From contig CM000430.1 in assembly GCA_000165345.1 (NCBI GenBank), positions 576,001 to 640,000 of the forward strand: DNA of 64,000 nt, in the 5' to 3' direction. This document shows, in pieces, positions 31,009 through 41,849 of the stretch. The notes below the pieces were generated by a model. It saw only the letters and a list, made by a program, of their open reading frames with translations. It made no database searches and was not told the origin of the DNA. Numbering within the stretch: position 1 is the stretch's first letter; every line of letters begins with the position of its first letter. The translations under genes were made by a program, and so were the position numbers.

Positions 31009-32455
31009 TCTTAATGTTCTTATTGAAAAAAAAACTATTCACTGATTTCTTCTGGTATAGTATAGGGGAACAATAGTTATTACAAGAAAACAAAAAGCAA
31101 AAGATACACGTGTCCCCAAGACAAACCTGCCCTAATGGTCTTTTTTTTTTTTTTTGAGACTATATTTAACTGATTCCTCGGCCTTTGTTAAACGATGTTG
31201 CAATCAATGCTACGGGTATGCAGAATGGTCAGTTCTCTTGTTTTAGGCCCAAAATAACAACACTTAAATTAGCAAAAATGGTCTAAGCTCGTGAATTCTG
31301 TTTCAATATCCTTGAAAATAAAATCCGACTATATAAATCAGACTTACCAGACTTTTCGTATTCTTGAGGCCTTTCTTAATTTATCTAGTTGTAAAGTTGA
31401 TTTAACCCAAGAAAAATCTAAGTCTAGACTAAAAGAGAAGGGTCTCAAAAAAATACAAATTTGTAAATTGGAGGTAATAACGGACAAATCCTTATTTTCA
31501 ATGTTTTCGATTCTTGGCCAATAGAACTGTCTGTTATTATCTCCGATGTATTCAATTTCGAGAAAAAGGTCAGGTACAAGACCAAATTATGTTATAGATC
31601 CCAATTGTGTATTACTTATTATTGAGTCTATATGCAGAAGGATTATTAAACATCCGAACGATCTGAATTTTTATGTATATCAATATTACACTTAAAAAAG
31701 CCTTCATGTCAGGGAAACAAACGATTACTGTTATTGCAATACATTCGGGATTGAAAAGGTAGTTAACAATGCAATCGCTTTAGTATATTAATTATTTTCT
31801 AATTACTTAACAATTGAAAATCAACTATCTCAACAAGCTTTGTTGAATGTACTTAACATTTACTCATATATTGATATACAAATATATAATGGTTACTTAA
31901 TAAGTAGATGGTTATAGTAATTTGTTACAGATATATAGCTTATTAGTTTAATAGATTTAATTTTCGTTAATTAAAGTTTGAACATGATCTTATTTACACT
32001 TTAATTATTCTCTGTTACTTTGCTTTATATTTTACCCAAGACAAGAAAATCCGTATAAAATTTTAAATATTAAATATTTAATAATAAACAAATAATCAAT
32101 TTAGCTTTGAAAAAAGTTTAAAAATTATTTAAATCTTAACCTTTTTAGACTAGGTATTTATTGGTACAAGATAAACTTATTTGAATAAATTTGCCGCAGT
32201 CATGTCTACATAATCTATTGATTCCGCCTTTGTGTAAACAAAATATTAAATAAATTTACGCATAATATTATTTAGACTAACGATTTGAAAACAAATTAAA
32301 ATAAACAATTTGATATTATAGTTAACTATTAGTATCAATTATTTTATTACAAGTACATTTCAAATATATTTCTTTTAAGCTTCGTTTATACATACGCAGG
32401 TCTATTTTATAAGCCACACTTTTAGGCGGTCACTTATGGCGGCAAATGTGGGAAT

Positions 32456-35400
32456 TCAGTGCATCAAAGAAATACACAGTGGGCATGTAGTTTTGTTTGA
32501 CGTTCTGAACCATTTGTAAATACACTCAGAGTGGAAAATATTGTTACATGTATGGCATCTTTTTCTCGGCAATGACCTGTATTGGGGATGCACAATTGAA
32601 TAGCAGATAAGGCAGTCTTCCACGCCATCCAAGTATAAGGATAAATTATTTATCCACGTTAGAATGGCGTGAGTGACATTTTTGTACCTAACAGCTTTAA
32701 TGACAGAAATGAGCCAGTTAGAATTTTGTTTCTTAGACACTCCAACAACACTTGGGATATTCACTTTCGGAATAACTAATGGATGATGTTGGGAGAAAGT
32801 AAAAGAGAGCGTCGCAGTGAATCCACGCTCAGAATAGCTCATTTTAATTGCCCTAGATGATACATTATGATCAAATGTGATTTTCCTATCTGGGTTTGAC
32901 ATTTTCTCAATAATTAGAGGGATATGATTGAGTTCTATTGGGATAATGATAGGCGAAAAGTAGTTAATTACCAATTTTTGTAGAATAGCTTGAGTTTTAT
33001 TATTAGAATTGCGCAACCATATTTCGCGTAGTATTCTTGGGAAATATGTAGTTAGAGAGAGAATTATCCTAGTGGCCAGAAGCCATGTAAAATATAGGTT
33101 GCTTGAGTCCCATACCATTGATTCTGAATTTGAGTTTGGGTCCAACTGAAGGATCTCCTCGAGGTTAGCAGTAAGTAATTTGCGTCTTTCATTGTTTGAA
33201 GAATGTTTGAATAATGCCAGCCAGTTTGTTTGAGAATTAATCATTTTGTTAGAGTATGATTCTATGGAATTACCTGTTTCTTCGACTCTGATGTGATCCT
33301 CCAAAATTACCAGTGTTTGAAAAGCAAGCTCAACCAAAACATGAATTAAGGACAGTTTAATGGTTTTTTGCGTGATTTCTAGAACATCAGAGGCATCTAA
33401 AATATCCACCAAGCCGGAAAACGTTGTATTTTTTAAAACTATCTCATCTTGAATTAATTCTGAGCTTTTTCTTCCTTTAACAAAGAATTGCAATGCCTGG
33501 CAAATAGAAACATCTTCGTCTTCTAGATACGAAGGAAGGAAGTCGCTATTGACCTCAGATTTAAGATTCACTTGTTTTTCTCTGACCGCTTCTCCTATTA
33601 CTATTGGGTTTAACTCTAATAATGATTCAATACAAGGGGTTAAGTTCTTCTCTATAGTTTTAATGTTTGGGTTTTCTTTATCAGTGCAAATAACAAAATC
33701 CTCGGAAATCAATTTTGGTAAAATGAAATTCCAGCATCCTAATCTTTGCGAAGCATCTATGTATATTGAATTCAAAAAGCTTAAGCTTCCAGAAATTTCT
33801 GTTGAAGGATCATCTTTTTTTTCAAAATAAGACACGTTAATTGCGCTAAAGTATGTTTCCAATAGCTGTTGAGCTAAAGAAGGTCCAATCAGTCTTCTCC
33901 AGTGAGAAGCTATTACTTCTATCCCTCTTTCAAAGTTTTCTGAGTCAGAATCTAAAATTAATGGTTTTCTTTCAGGATTATTAAGGCATTCAGAGGTATT
34001 CGTTTCATGATTTATATTTGCATGTAAAGTTTCATATTTATCTTCTTGTTCATCCTGGTCTTGATCTTCAATTTCATCAAAATCGCTATCTTTATTCTTA
34101 GATATTAAATATTCCCTTATGCAGTGATCAAGCTTCTCTATACTAGATATGGCACTGTTTAAATCAGAGTATTCATATTGTACGTTATGCCAATTATGCT
34201 CTTTTAATATTAATAATACAAGCGAGTGAAGCTTTAATGAGTTTGTGGTTAATAATTTTGAAATTTCCATAGCATTTCCCTTAATGTTACCTAATTTTGA
34301 CTCAAGAACGGCCAAAATCCACATTTTCCCAGTATCTTCTGAATTCTTTAATATTACCATTTGTTCAATAAATATTCTCAATCCTGTATCAACTGTAAAA
34401 TTGTTTTTAGACATTAATACAGTTGAGAGCAGCCCCAAAAATTTGTCGAAAGTGCTCAAAACATTTGTCTCTAGCTGAATTGTAACACTTGTAAATCTAT
34501 GTTCATCTGGTATTGTTTCTCCTTCTGGATATAATTTGAGTCTTTGATAAATACTGCAGGAAAGTTTAATAGTATTTAGTACCAGATATTGAATAGTAAT
34601 TGAATACTCATTCAACTTTTTGGCTGTTTTTGTGTTATTATATATTTCTGAAGTCGAAATTTCAAAGAATTTCCCAACTAAATAATGAATAGATGAAGAA
34701 AGTCTAATCATTAATTTAGAAATTTCTAAATTACCATACTGAAATTCAAGCTCAATATTATCTTGAATATCTTTTCCTTGAATGTAATTTGTCAAATATT
34801 CTTCGAACAATTCAATTAGGACTGCCATTAGATTGCATAGTCCAAATAAATTGTACATATTTAGTGAGTTAGTATTGCCTAAATTACTCAATTCCTCTGC
34901 TAAAGCTTCTATAAGTGTCATTATTATATCTATATCAGATTCTATTTTGTATTCTGGAAGACCCTCATCAATAATAATAGCTTTAGCACAATGTATTAAG
35001 CGAGTTATTTTCATATAATTCTTCTCTTTGAATTCTGACAAATTTTTCATTTCAATATTGAATTCATCTAAAATTCTCTTTGATAATTCAGAGTATGCTT
35101 CTGGTAATTCTATGCCTCGCTGTTTAATCTTGATTAATGACAAAAATAAAGAAATTGAGTTGCTCTCAAATATATTAGAATATAAATAGTCAATAATTAT
35201 TGAAAGATATTCATTTTTCATCCTCTCATTGTCACTCATTAGTTCAAATAAATAAACATAGAAATCACTTGCTAAAGTCATAATGAATCTTGATTCTGGT
35301 TTACTATATTCTCCGAGAATGAATTGTGCAGTATTACTAATTTGTTGAAAATCAGGCAAATGATGTATTTGTTCAGATACCAAGTATTGCGAAAATTGTA

Positions 35401-38400
35401 AAATTAAAGAACTAATCTCCTCACTTTCAGAAATGAATTCACTAATGTTGAATAACGTTAAAAACAATTCTTTATCTAGGCTTATCTCTTTTGAACATGA
35501 AAGCAGCTTAATAGATTCTTCAGAAATAAAGAGATGCTTTACTGTGTAGATTATTAGCCAATAGCTAATCTTTGGATCTTTAATGTTATCAAAGTTATTC
35601 AAATTTAATTCTGAAGTGGAAAAATCAGCTACTTCCTTAAATACTCTTAAGAATCTTCGAATTTTAAAACCCGTTTCAAATACATCTTTTTGTAAGCACA
35701 CACTTTGATTAGTTATTGAACTGTTTAAACAAGCCAAAATTCTCACAAGTCTTTTGAACAAAATTTCATTTTCAGAACTCTCCTTATAGCAGGTGTTTGA
35801 TGCTTCTATGCCTTTGTTTGAACTCCTGTCAATTAAAAGAGTTAGTTTAAAAATAGATATAACTTTATTATCGCGAATCTCATCACCAATACTAAATACC
35901 TCAAAAAGAAGAATCTTTTCCAGCCTTGAAATTTCGGCTCTGAATCTTGAATTAATCAAATTGTGGCTTTTTGAAAAAATAGAATCAATAAAAGGGATCA
36001 AAATATTTCTAGATTTTGGATTCTCAAACCAAAAATCATTATCTGAGTATATTAGTATAGATAAAAGCTCATTAACAAAATCCTCAGAAATAATACTGTC
36101 ACTATTGATTAAATTAATTAATAAAACTCCAATCTGTGACGCTTCTTTTATATTTGAATTTGAGATTAATTTGTTTGTAAGAGTTGACTTGAGCTCCATT
36201 ATAACTAGGTTCATTAAAAAATCTGAAAAGGAATTTGATTGATTAACAAGTGAGGTTTTACTCAATTCCACAAACAAATGAATGTAGCACTCCTTGAAAT
36301 CTAATCTGTAGGAATTCTCACCATTTATGTTGCTTTCTTTATTCTTTCTAATCGCTTTGTCAGTCTTGATATTGTGTTTTTGAGAAAAAGAGAATATCTT
36401 GTAAATTCTATCTAATATGTTTGCATTAACCTGGGGGAACACTTTGCATACTGCTTCCAAAAAAAGTTGTGATAAAGATGTCTCTTTTTCTGTTAGCTGC
36501 TTATATAAGAAAGATTCTATCGTGATGGATGTTAAAGAGTCTGTATTACCAATAATAATGGAAATCATTTTTTCTAGAACAGATCTTTCGTTAAGTTCCT
36601 TTTGAGAAAGAGCTAAAATAAAAGGCGTGAATATATTTTCCAAAATTTGGTATATAATATTAACTCTTTTAAAATTAGTTTCAAGTTGCTCTTTCGAAAG
36701 TATTTCTATCAAATCCGTAAACATATTTAAAAATAAACTAATAACTTGCTGGGAATTTTCTGTTTCTTTGCCATCAATTGGCTTAACGACTACTTCTGTA
36801 ACAGCTTTATTAATCAGCTTTGATCTTGTAGTAATAGTTTCACATTCGCAATCAACATTATTTCTATCCAGAAGATTAATATGTAAAAAGGTTTCATGTG
36901 ATGTTTCTTCAAGCCAGAGCAAAACATGATCAATAAATTCTGAGTCATGTTTATTGAGAATTGCACATAATTCCAAGAATATGATGATTCTGTAGGAGTT
37001 TTGGTTTGTTAATGATCCAGATCTAAGTGTTTGGTCTTTATTTGTTTGATTCATATAGAATCTAGTCCAATAACCAGTTAAAAAGTCATTTAAATTAGAG
37101 ATACAATGATTAAGGTTCCTTTCCCTACACTGTTCTACTGACCAGCTGTGATATTGTAAGGAATCTATCATCATGTTTGAAAATTGTTCATTGATTTTAA
37201 ATTGAGCTTTGGAGTGGATTGATGAATTAGTAGAACTTGAAGCAGTTTTGTTAGTTGTAAGAATGAAAATTACTGGACTCCAAATGATCTTTGCGTAGTA
37301 GTTAATTAGAAATTCTTTAAGTTTAAATTGGTTTTCGTCAATTTTAATAAACTTTTTGTGTAAGAAATGCAACAAAATTGTGTAATAACTTTCTAGTGAG
37401 CAGTTTAATAAGACAGTATTTGGAGTTCCTATAGATATTACAATGGAACCACTTTCAGGGTTTGAGGTAAACTTGACCAAATGTAAAACAATACCAAGAG
37501 GGATCAGGCAAAGTAAAGGTAAGCTATTATTTTGAATGCTTTCATATAAGAATGCCATGAGCTCATTAAATGTCTTAAAATAAAAATCTGGTTTATTTAT
37601 AATTTCATTTATTAGATATATTTCATTATTAAGATTTGAGAACTCATCTAATAGAACCTGAAATGGGATGTTTGATATTATATATGGCAATTCAGAAAAC
37701 AATGAGCGACCACTTATTTGATTAGGGTTACTTAGACACATCAATAAAGTTTTTGTAAAGTATTTAATCGGAGAACCAAATAACTTATTAGGGCCTTGAT
37801 TCCAAATTTCTGGAAATAATTTTGAAAAAGCGGAAATAAGATTTGGAGAAACAGCTTGAACATTGGAATTAGATGTGTCACTTAGGCACTTGAGAGCATC
37901 AGTGAAGAGTTTAGAGATGGGGGGAGTATGATTTGATAAATTATTAATATTCTCGGGATAACTCAGTTTAAGTTGATTTAGGATGATAGTCATTGAATAT
38001 GTCAAAAGCTGAATGGCATCTACCCTGATAATGCTACTGTAATTACCTGTGATAAACTTCCACAGGGTGCCCATTTGCAAGGTATTCCAAGAAAAACTAG
38101 CTTTTGATTTTTCAAGAATTTGGCTTACCACTGGAGGGAGTGAATTGAAAATTAGATGAGATGCGATTTGAAAGGAAATCAAAGAAGACGACTCGCTTTG
38201 CATAGCTTCCATAACTTTTCTAACAGATGTAATAGAAATAGATATGATTCGGTCAAATAGCTCTTCCTCTTCTGATTGTGATGAAACATTTGCATTTAAT
38301 TCACCTTTAATATTCTTTAAATTACAGCTTAGCAACCTTCCGTATAAATCAAACATTGATATTAAACAGAAATTTATTATTTTAACCATTTTTTCTGGCC

Positions 38401-38944
38401 TGTCTTTCCCAATTAGTGCCTCCAAGAAGTCTGAAGCAGATTTTGATACATCTGGCTTGAGATCATTGCAAGAAAGCCAAAGAGCAGGAAAAAAAAGTTT
38501 GCAAAACTTCTCTAATCTCTTCCCACCAACAATTTTGTGTAGAAGAGACAAGCATTCATTTGAAAGCCTTCTTATTTTTACATCTGAATCATACACACCA
38601 ACCCTGATATATATATAAGTATAGTTAGAAAGAACAGGCTCCCAAACTATTTCTTGATCAGGGGTTTCGAGAAGATGAGAAAGTTGCTCTTTAAATGCTA
38701 CCAGTCCTTTCATTCTAGTCAAAACATCTTTCTTAGACATATTGGTAAAAATTGGGACGAAGGAAGAGTGAAGGGAAGATATGGTTAGTTGTTCTTTGGT
38801 ATGAAGTGCATCGGGGTCGCCTAATGGAACGTTAAACTCGGAAAAAATTCCCCATAAAGATGTTGCAACTCCTACCCGGCCCTCGCCTAGCAGAGATATA
38901 GCTTTTGAGCTATTAATTGAACTTTTAAATTTCTCTTTTGCCAT
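32456..38944 (-). CDS. LTN1: E3 ubiquitin ligase listerin (LTN1/RKR1), ribosome quality control
   Basis: 2162 aa. C-terminal RING-H2 CLICYSIVHPQYRSLPRKRCHTCNNIFHSECIYKWFRTSNKTTCPLCISLMH matches the listerin terminus (CAICYSVIH...CRTCKKKFHSACLYKWF.SSNKSTCPLC). Very long HEAT-like helical body and conserved N-terminal region. Confidence 0.8.
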   Translation of the reverse strand: MAKEKFKSSINSSKAISLLGEGRVGVATSLWGIFSEFNVPLGDPDALHTKEQLTISSLHSSFVPIFTNMSKKDVLTRMKGLVAFKEQLSHLLETPDQEIVWEPVLSNYTYIYIRVGVYDSDVKIRRLSNECLSLLHKIVGGKRLEKFCKLFFPALWLSCNDLKPDVSKSASDFLEALIGKDRPEKMVKIINFCLISMFDLYGRLLSCNLKNIKGELNANVSSQSEEEELFDRIISISITSVRKVMEAMQSESSSLISFQIASHLIFNSLPPVVSQILEKSKASFSWNTLQMGTLWKFITGNYSSIIRVDAIQLLTYSMTIILNQLKLSYPENINNLSNHTPPISKLFTDALKCLSDTSNSNVQAVSPNLISAFSKLFPEIWNQGPNKLFGSPIKYFTKTLLMCLSNPNQISGRSLFSELPYIISNIPFQVLLDEFSNLNNEIYLINEIINKPDFYFKTFNELMAFLYESIQNNSLPLLCLIPLGIVLHLVKFTSNPESGSIVISIGTPNTVLLNCSLESYYTILLHFLHKKFIKIDENQFKLKEFLINYYAKIIWSPVIFILTTNKTASSSTNSSIHSKAQFKINEQFSNMMIDSLQYHSWSVEQCRERNLNHCISNLNDFLTGYWTRFYMNQTNKDQTLRSGSLTNQNSYRIIIFLELCAILNKHDSEFIDHVLLWLEETSHETFLHINLLDRNNVDCECETITTRSKLINKAVTEVVVKPIDGKETENSQQVISLFLNMFTDLIEILSKEQLETNFKRVNIIYQILENIFTPFILALSQKELNERSVLEKMISIIIGNTDSLTSITIESFLYKQLTEKETSLSQLFLEAVCKVFPQVNANILDRIYKIFSFSQKHNIKTDKAIRKNKESNINGENSYRLDFKECYIHLFVELSKTSLVNQSNSFSDFLMNLVIMELKSTLTNKLISNSNIKEASQIGVLLINLINSDSIISEDFVNELLSILIYSDNDFWFENPKSRNILIPFIDSIFSKSHNLINSRFRAEISRLEKILLFEVFSIGDEIRDNKVISIFKLTLLIDRSSNKGIEASNTCYKESSENEILFKRLVRILACLNSSITNQSVCLQKDVFETGFKIRRFLRVFKEVADFSTSELNLNNFDNIKDPKISYWLIIYTVKHLFISEESIKLLSCSKEISLDKELFLTLFNISEFISESEEISSLILQFSQYLVSEQIHHLPDFQQISNTAQFILGEYSKPESRFIMTLASDFYVYLFELMSDNERMKNEYLSIIIDYLYSNIFESNSISLFLSLIKIKQRGIELPEAYSELSKRILDEFNIEMKNLSEFKEKNYMKITRLIHCAKAIIIDEGLPEYKIESDIDIIMTLIEALAEELSNLGNTNSLNMYNLFGLCNLMAVLIELFEEYLTNYIQGKDIQDNIELEFQYGNLEISKLMIRLSSSIHYLVGKFFEISTSEIYNNTKTAKKLNEYSITIQYLVLNTIKLSCSIYQRLKLYPEGETIPDEHRFTSVTIQLETNVLSTFDKFLGLLSTVLMSKNNFTVDTGLRIFIEQMVILKNSEDTGKMWILAVLESKLGNIKGNAMEISKLLTTNSLKLHSLVLLILKEHNWHNVQYEYSDLNSAISSIEKLDHCIREYLISKNKDSDFDEIEDQDQDEQEDKYETLHANINHETNTSECLNNPERKPLILDSDSENFERGIEVIASHWRRLIGPSLAQQLLETYFSAINVSYFEKKDDPSTEISGSLSFLNSIYIDASQRLGCWNFILPKLISEDFVICTDKENPNIKTIEKNLTPCIESLLELNPIVIGEAVREKQVNLKSEVNSDFLPSYLEDEDVSICQALQFFVKGRKSSELIQDEIVLKNTTFSGLVDILDASDVLEITQKTIKLSLIHVLVELAFQTLVILEDHIRVEETGNSIESYSNKMINSQTNWLALFKHSSNNERRKLLTANLEEILQLDPNSNSESMVWDSSNLYFTWLLATRIILSLTTYFPRILREIWLRNSNNKTQAILQKLVINYFSPIIIPIELNHIPLIIEKMSNPDRKITFDHNVSSRAIKMSYSERGFTATLSFTFSQHHPLVIPKVNIPSVVGVSKKQNSNWLISVIKAVRYKNVTHAILTWINNLSLYLDGVEDCLICYSIVHPQYRSLPRKRCHTCNNIFHSECIYKWFRTSNKTTCPLCISLMH

Positions 38945-38984
38945 TTATATTCTTGTAGTCACTAAGGCAAATAAAATTAAAATA

Positions 38985-38993
38985 GGCGGCGCC
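38985..38993. promoter_or_regulatory. GGCGGCGCC box immediately upstream of listerin start
   Basis: AATAGGCGGCGCCAAGG lies about 40 bp from the minus-strand ATG at 38944. Confidence 0.35.
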
Positions 38994-39176
38994 AAGGATT
39001 AAAACAAAAATCTAATTTTTAATTGACAAAGTTATCAAAGCCAGTAGTGAGCTAACACAAGCATATGCCTAGTTAGATATAAATCCCATTTACTTGTTTG
39101 AATTTTTAGATTTAAATTGACAATTAGAACTACTCTTTTCAAATATTAAAAGTTCACACTGACATGTTAGTATATA

Positions 39177-39195
39177 GGCGCCTATCTATGGCGCC
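39177..39195. promoter_or_regulatory. paired GGCGCC boxes (GGCGCC-N7-GGCGCC) in the listerin/PP5 divergent promoter
   Basis: TATAGGCGCCTATCTATGGCGCCTATATAGG lies between divergent start codons 38944(-) and 39324(+). GGCGCC is the E2F-like word described in apicomplexan upstream regions. Confidence 0.5.
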
Positions 39196-39323
39196 TATAT
39201 AGGACGAGTTTGTCCAACTGTGACGGAATTGGGGCGTAAGAACAATTACAGAAAAGTTTGGCATTTCTTGCCAGTAAATACAAGCTGCAAATAATAATTA
39301 ACTAAAGAAGAGAAGCAGGAAAG

Positions 39324-40901
39324 ATGTCTGATGAGAACACAAATTCCGTGAATGAATCAGTTTCTGAGCAATACAAAATCAAGGGAAATGAGTCTTTTAA
39401 ATCTGGCAAATATAACGAAGCTATTGAATATTATACATTGGCTATAAAAACCTCACAAGCTTCAAATGAAACCCAAAATAAAAACTTGCATATCTACTAT
39501 TCTAACAGAGCATTGTGTCACATTAGGCTGGAGAACTTTGGCTCAGCAATTGAGGATTCTGGGGAAAGTATCAAATGTTGCCCGAGTTTTTCAAAGGCAT
39601 ATTATAGAAGAGGTATTGCATATTTCAACTTGCTTAAATATTCCCTTGCAAGAAAAGATTTTATGATGGTTTTAAATTTAACTCAGAATGACAGAGATGC
39701 TCAATCAAAGATTCAAATTTGTACCAAATTAATCAAACAAGAAAAGTTTATGGATGCAATTTCAACTGATAGATCAAAATTGATACATGAGACTATAGAT
39801 TTCAGTGCGCCTGGTTTCGTGGTTTCTAATGATTATTCAGGGCCTCACTATAAACCTTTGGCGGATCATTCAAAATTTTCCCAATCAGGCAACGAAACTA
39901 ATTTGAAATCTAGAGAATTTGTTATACCTAAAGTGCCAGATGCTTCTCTTATTAGAGAGTCATTTGTTACTGAGCTAATTGACTTTTTAAAGAATCCAGA
40001 AAATAGGTTGCATAGAAAATACGCATATATGATTGTTTATGATTTAATACAAGTACTTAAAGAGGTTGCTTCTAAGCCACTAGTCAGAATTAATATTGGT
40101 AAACAGGAACATATTACTGTATGTGGAGATATCCATGGCCAGTTCTTTGATCTTTTGAATATTTTTGATATTAATGGTTTACCTTCTGTAAACAACGGGT
40201 ATTTGTTTAATGGAGATTTCGTAGATAGAGGGTCATTTTCTGTTGAAGTAATTCTTGTGCTTTTTACTTTAAAGATTATGTATCCATATCATGTACACTT
40301 GGCTAGAGGTAACCATGAAACAAAGAATTTGAACAAGTTGTATGGTTTTGAGGGAGAAGTCTTAGCAAAATATGACTCAGGTCTTTATGATTTGATTAGT
40401 GAAGCATTTTGTTTCCTTCCTTTGGCGCATGTTATTAATGATAAAGTTTTCGTAGTGCATGGAGGTCTTTGTTCAGAAGATAATGTAAAACTTAGTGACA
40501 TTGAACAGCTTTATTCTAGATGTGAGCCAGCTGATTCCGGATTTATGTCTTCATTACTTTGGTCTGATCCACAACAAAAGGAAGGAAGGTCTCCTTCTCC
40601 TAGAGGAGTGGGATGTAATTTTGGACCAGATGTAACGCTCAATTTTCTTAAAACTAATAACTTGGACTACATCATTAGAAGCCATGAAGTTAAACAAGAA
40701 GGTTATAGCGTTGATCATGATGGAAAATGTATTACAGTCTTTTCTGCACCAAATTATTGTGACTCTATGGGTAACAAAGGTGCATTTATAAAAATACACG
40801 AATACGACCTTAAACCTAACTTTGTTCAGTTCTATGCTGTTCCACACCCACCAGTTCCAGCAATGAAATATGCAAATTCTATGCTTTCATATGGAATGTA
40901 A
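39324..40901 (+). CDS. PP5: serine/threonine protein phosphatase 5 (TPR + PPP catalytic domain)
   Basis: N-terminal TPR repeats (AIEYYTLAIK, KAYYRRGIAYFNLLKYSLARKDFMMVL). PPP catalytic motifs GDIHGQFFDL, GDFVDRG, LARGNHE, HGG, RSHE. 525 aa. Confidence 0.85.
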   Translation: MSDENTNSVNESVSEQYKIKGNESFKSGKYNEAIEYYTLAIKTSQASNETQNKNLHIYYSNRALCHIRLENFGSAIEDSGESIKCCPSFSKAYYRRGIAYFNLLKYSLARKDFMMVLNLTQNDRDAQSKIQICTKLIKQEKFMDAISTDRSKLIHETIDFSAPGFVVSNDYSGPHYKPLADHSKFSQSGNETNLKSREFVIPKVPDASLIRESFVTELIDFLKNPENRLHRKYAYMIVYDLIQVLKEVASKPLVRINIGKQEHITVCGDIHGQFFDLLNIFDINGLPSVNNGYLFNGDFVDRGSFSVEVILVLFTLKIMYPYHVHLARGNHETKNLNKLYGFEGEVLAKYDSGLYDLISEAFCFLPLAHVINDKVFVVHGGLCSEDNVKLSDIEQLYSRCEPADSGFMSSLLWSDPQQKEGRSPSPRGVGCNFGPDVTLNFLKTNNLDYIIRSHEVKQEGYSVDHDGKCITVFSAPNYCDSMGNKGAFIKIHEYDLKPNFVQFYAVPHPPVPAMKYANSMLSYGM

Positions 40902-41075
40902 TCTATAATCTAACATAAATCTTAGAAGTCCTTTAATATGTCTTGGCTTAAGCTAGACTATATAAAATTAAAAACAATAATTAGAGTAGATTCCTAATTA
41001 AAAAATGAAAGAATGGTTTGTTAATATAATAATGCTTAATTATCTTTAGCCAATGAAAATTGCAATTCAACTATA

Positions 41076-41665
41076 CTACTGAATGGAATCATCTATAGGC
41101 CCCAAAAAGTCACTGTTCATCTCTGCCACGGCTGACAAAGTTTCATTGTTGACTCCCCTTAGCCTAAGTCTAACTTGTGAATTTTGTTTGATTTGAATTT
41201 GAGTTTTTGTATCTATATATATTCTACTGCTCTGACCATCGATTCCGCTTTTGTAGACCATATTTTCGGGTAAAGCTGACTGGCTTACAAAAACTCTTTT
41301 TAGAGGACCACAATCTACGATAACTCCTAATTCATTTACACTCTCAACAACCCCATCTACAACTTCTCCCTTAATTGGACGATAAACAATAGCCTGATAT
41401 TTCACAGGCACAATTATAAGCCCTGTGCTATCTTGCACTCTACCAGGTTGTTTTAAGATGATCTTGATCACACAAACAACGTATCCATAAGGAGGTGCTC
41501 GTTGTCCCTCGACCTGAGATTAAGTAATTATTCAAATCTAAAGTAACAATTTCATTTTAAACGTACCTGACTTCTTAAAATATCGTCTATATGCTCATTA
41601 TATCTCGGGCCAAGCTGGCTTGGCTTGACAGAAATATTTCTCCAAAGCTCCACAAAGAAAAACAT
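41076..41665 (-). CDS. RPB7: DNA-directed RNA polymerase II subunit RPB7 (2 exons)
   Basis: join(41076..41513,41567..41665). Exon 1 MFFFVELWRNISVKPSQLGPRYNEHIDDILRSQ. Donor GTACGT (plus acgtac at 41561-41566); acceptor ctcAG|GTCGAGG. Exon 2 VEGQRAPPYGYVVCV...KYQAIVYRPIKGEVVDGVV...DFLGPI parallels Rpb7 (MFFIKDLSLNI..., KYRAVVFKPFKGEVVDG, DYLGAI). The ORF track shows only the 3' exon. Confidence 0.75.
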
Positions 41666-41749
41666 TGTTTGAGATATCTCTCTTTAAAACCTGCCTTAAT
41701 CTCGATACCTCAGAATAATCTTTTTGCTCTGTAAATATTTAAAAGAAGG

Positions 41750-41771
41750 AGCGCCTGATTGTTGGCGCCAA
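41750..41771. promoter_or_regulatory. paired (A)GCGCC ... TTGGCGCCAA boxes, 8-nt spacer, RPB7/41850-gene divergent promoter
   Basis: GGAGCGCCTGATTGTTGGCGCCAATTG lies between starts 41665(-) and 41850(+). Nearly the same composite as at 49997-50016. Confidence 0.5.
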
Positions 41772-41849
41772 TTGTATTAATTTAATATTTAATAAGAATT
41801 ATTATGTAGCAAAATATTTTAAAAAGTATAAGACCAATAAGGGGCAAAG

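Noticed and set aside
31141-31155. T15 run as a Pol III terminator of a small RNA
   Set aside because: No recognisable upstream A/B-box or snRNA-like sequence. It is more likely simple homopolymer slippage, so I kept it as a low-interest note only.
31291-31524. 77-aa ORF in the long gene-free interval
   Set aside because: No start context, no conservation cues, and composition like intergenic DNA. Insufficient evidence.
33549-38618. Several 60-150 aa ORFs on the plus strand inside listerin (33549..33830, 34245..34478, 35793..36242, 36627..36929, 38244..38618)
   Set aside because: They are antisense to a 2162-aa conserved gene, low-complexity or hydrophobic from AT-rich codons, and lack independent signals.
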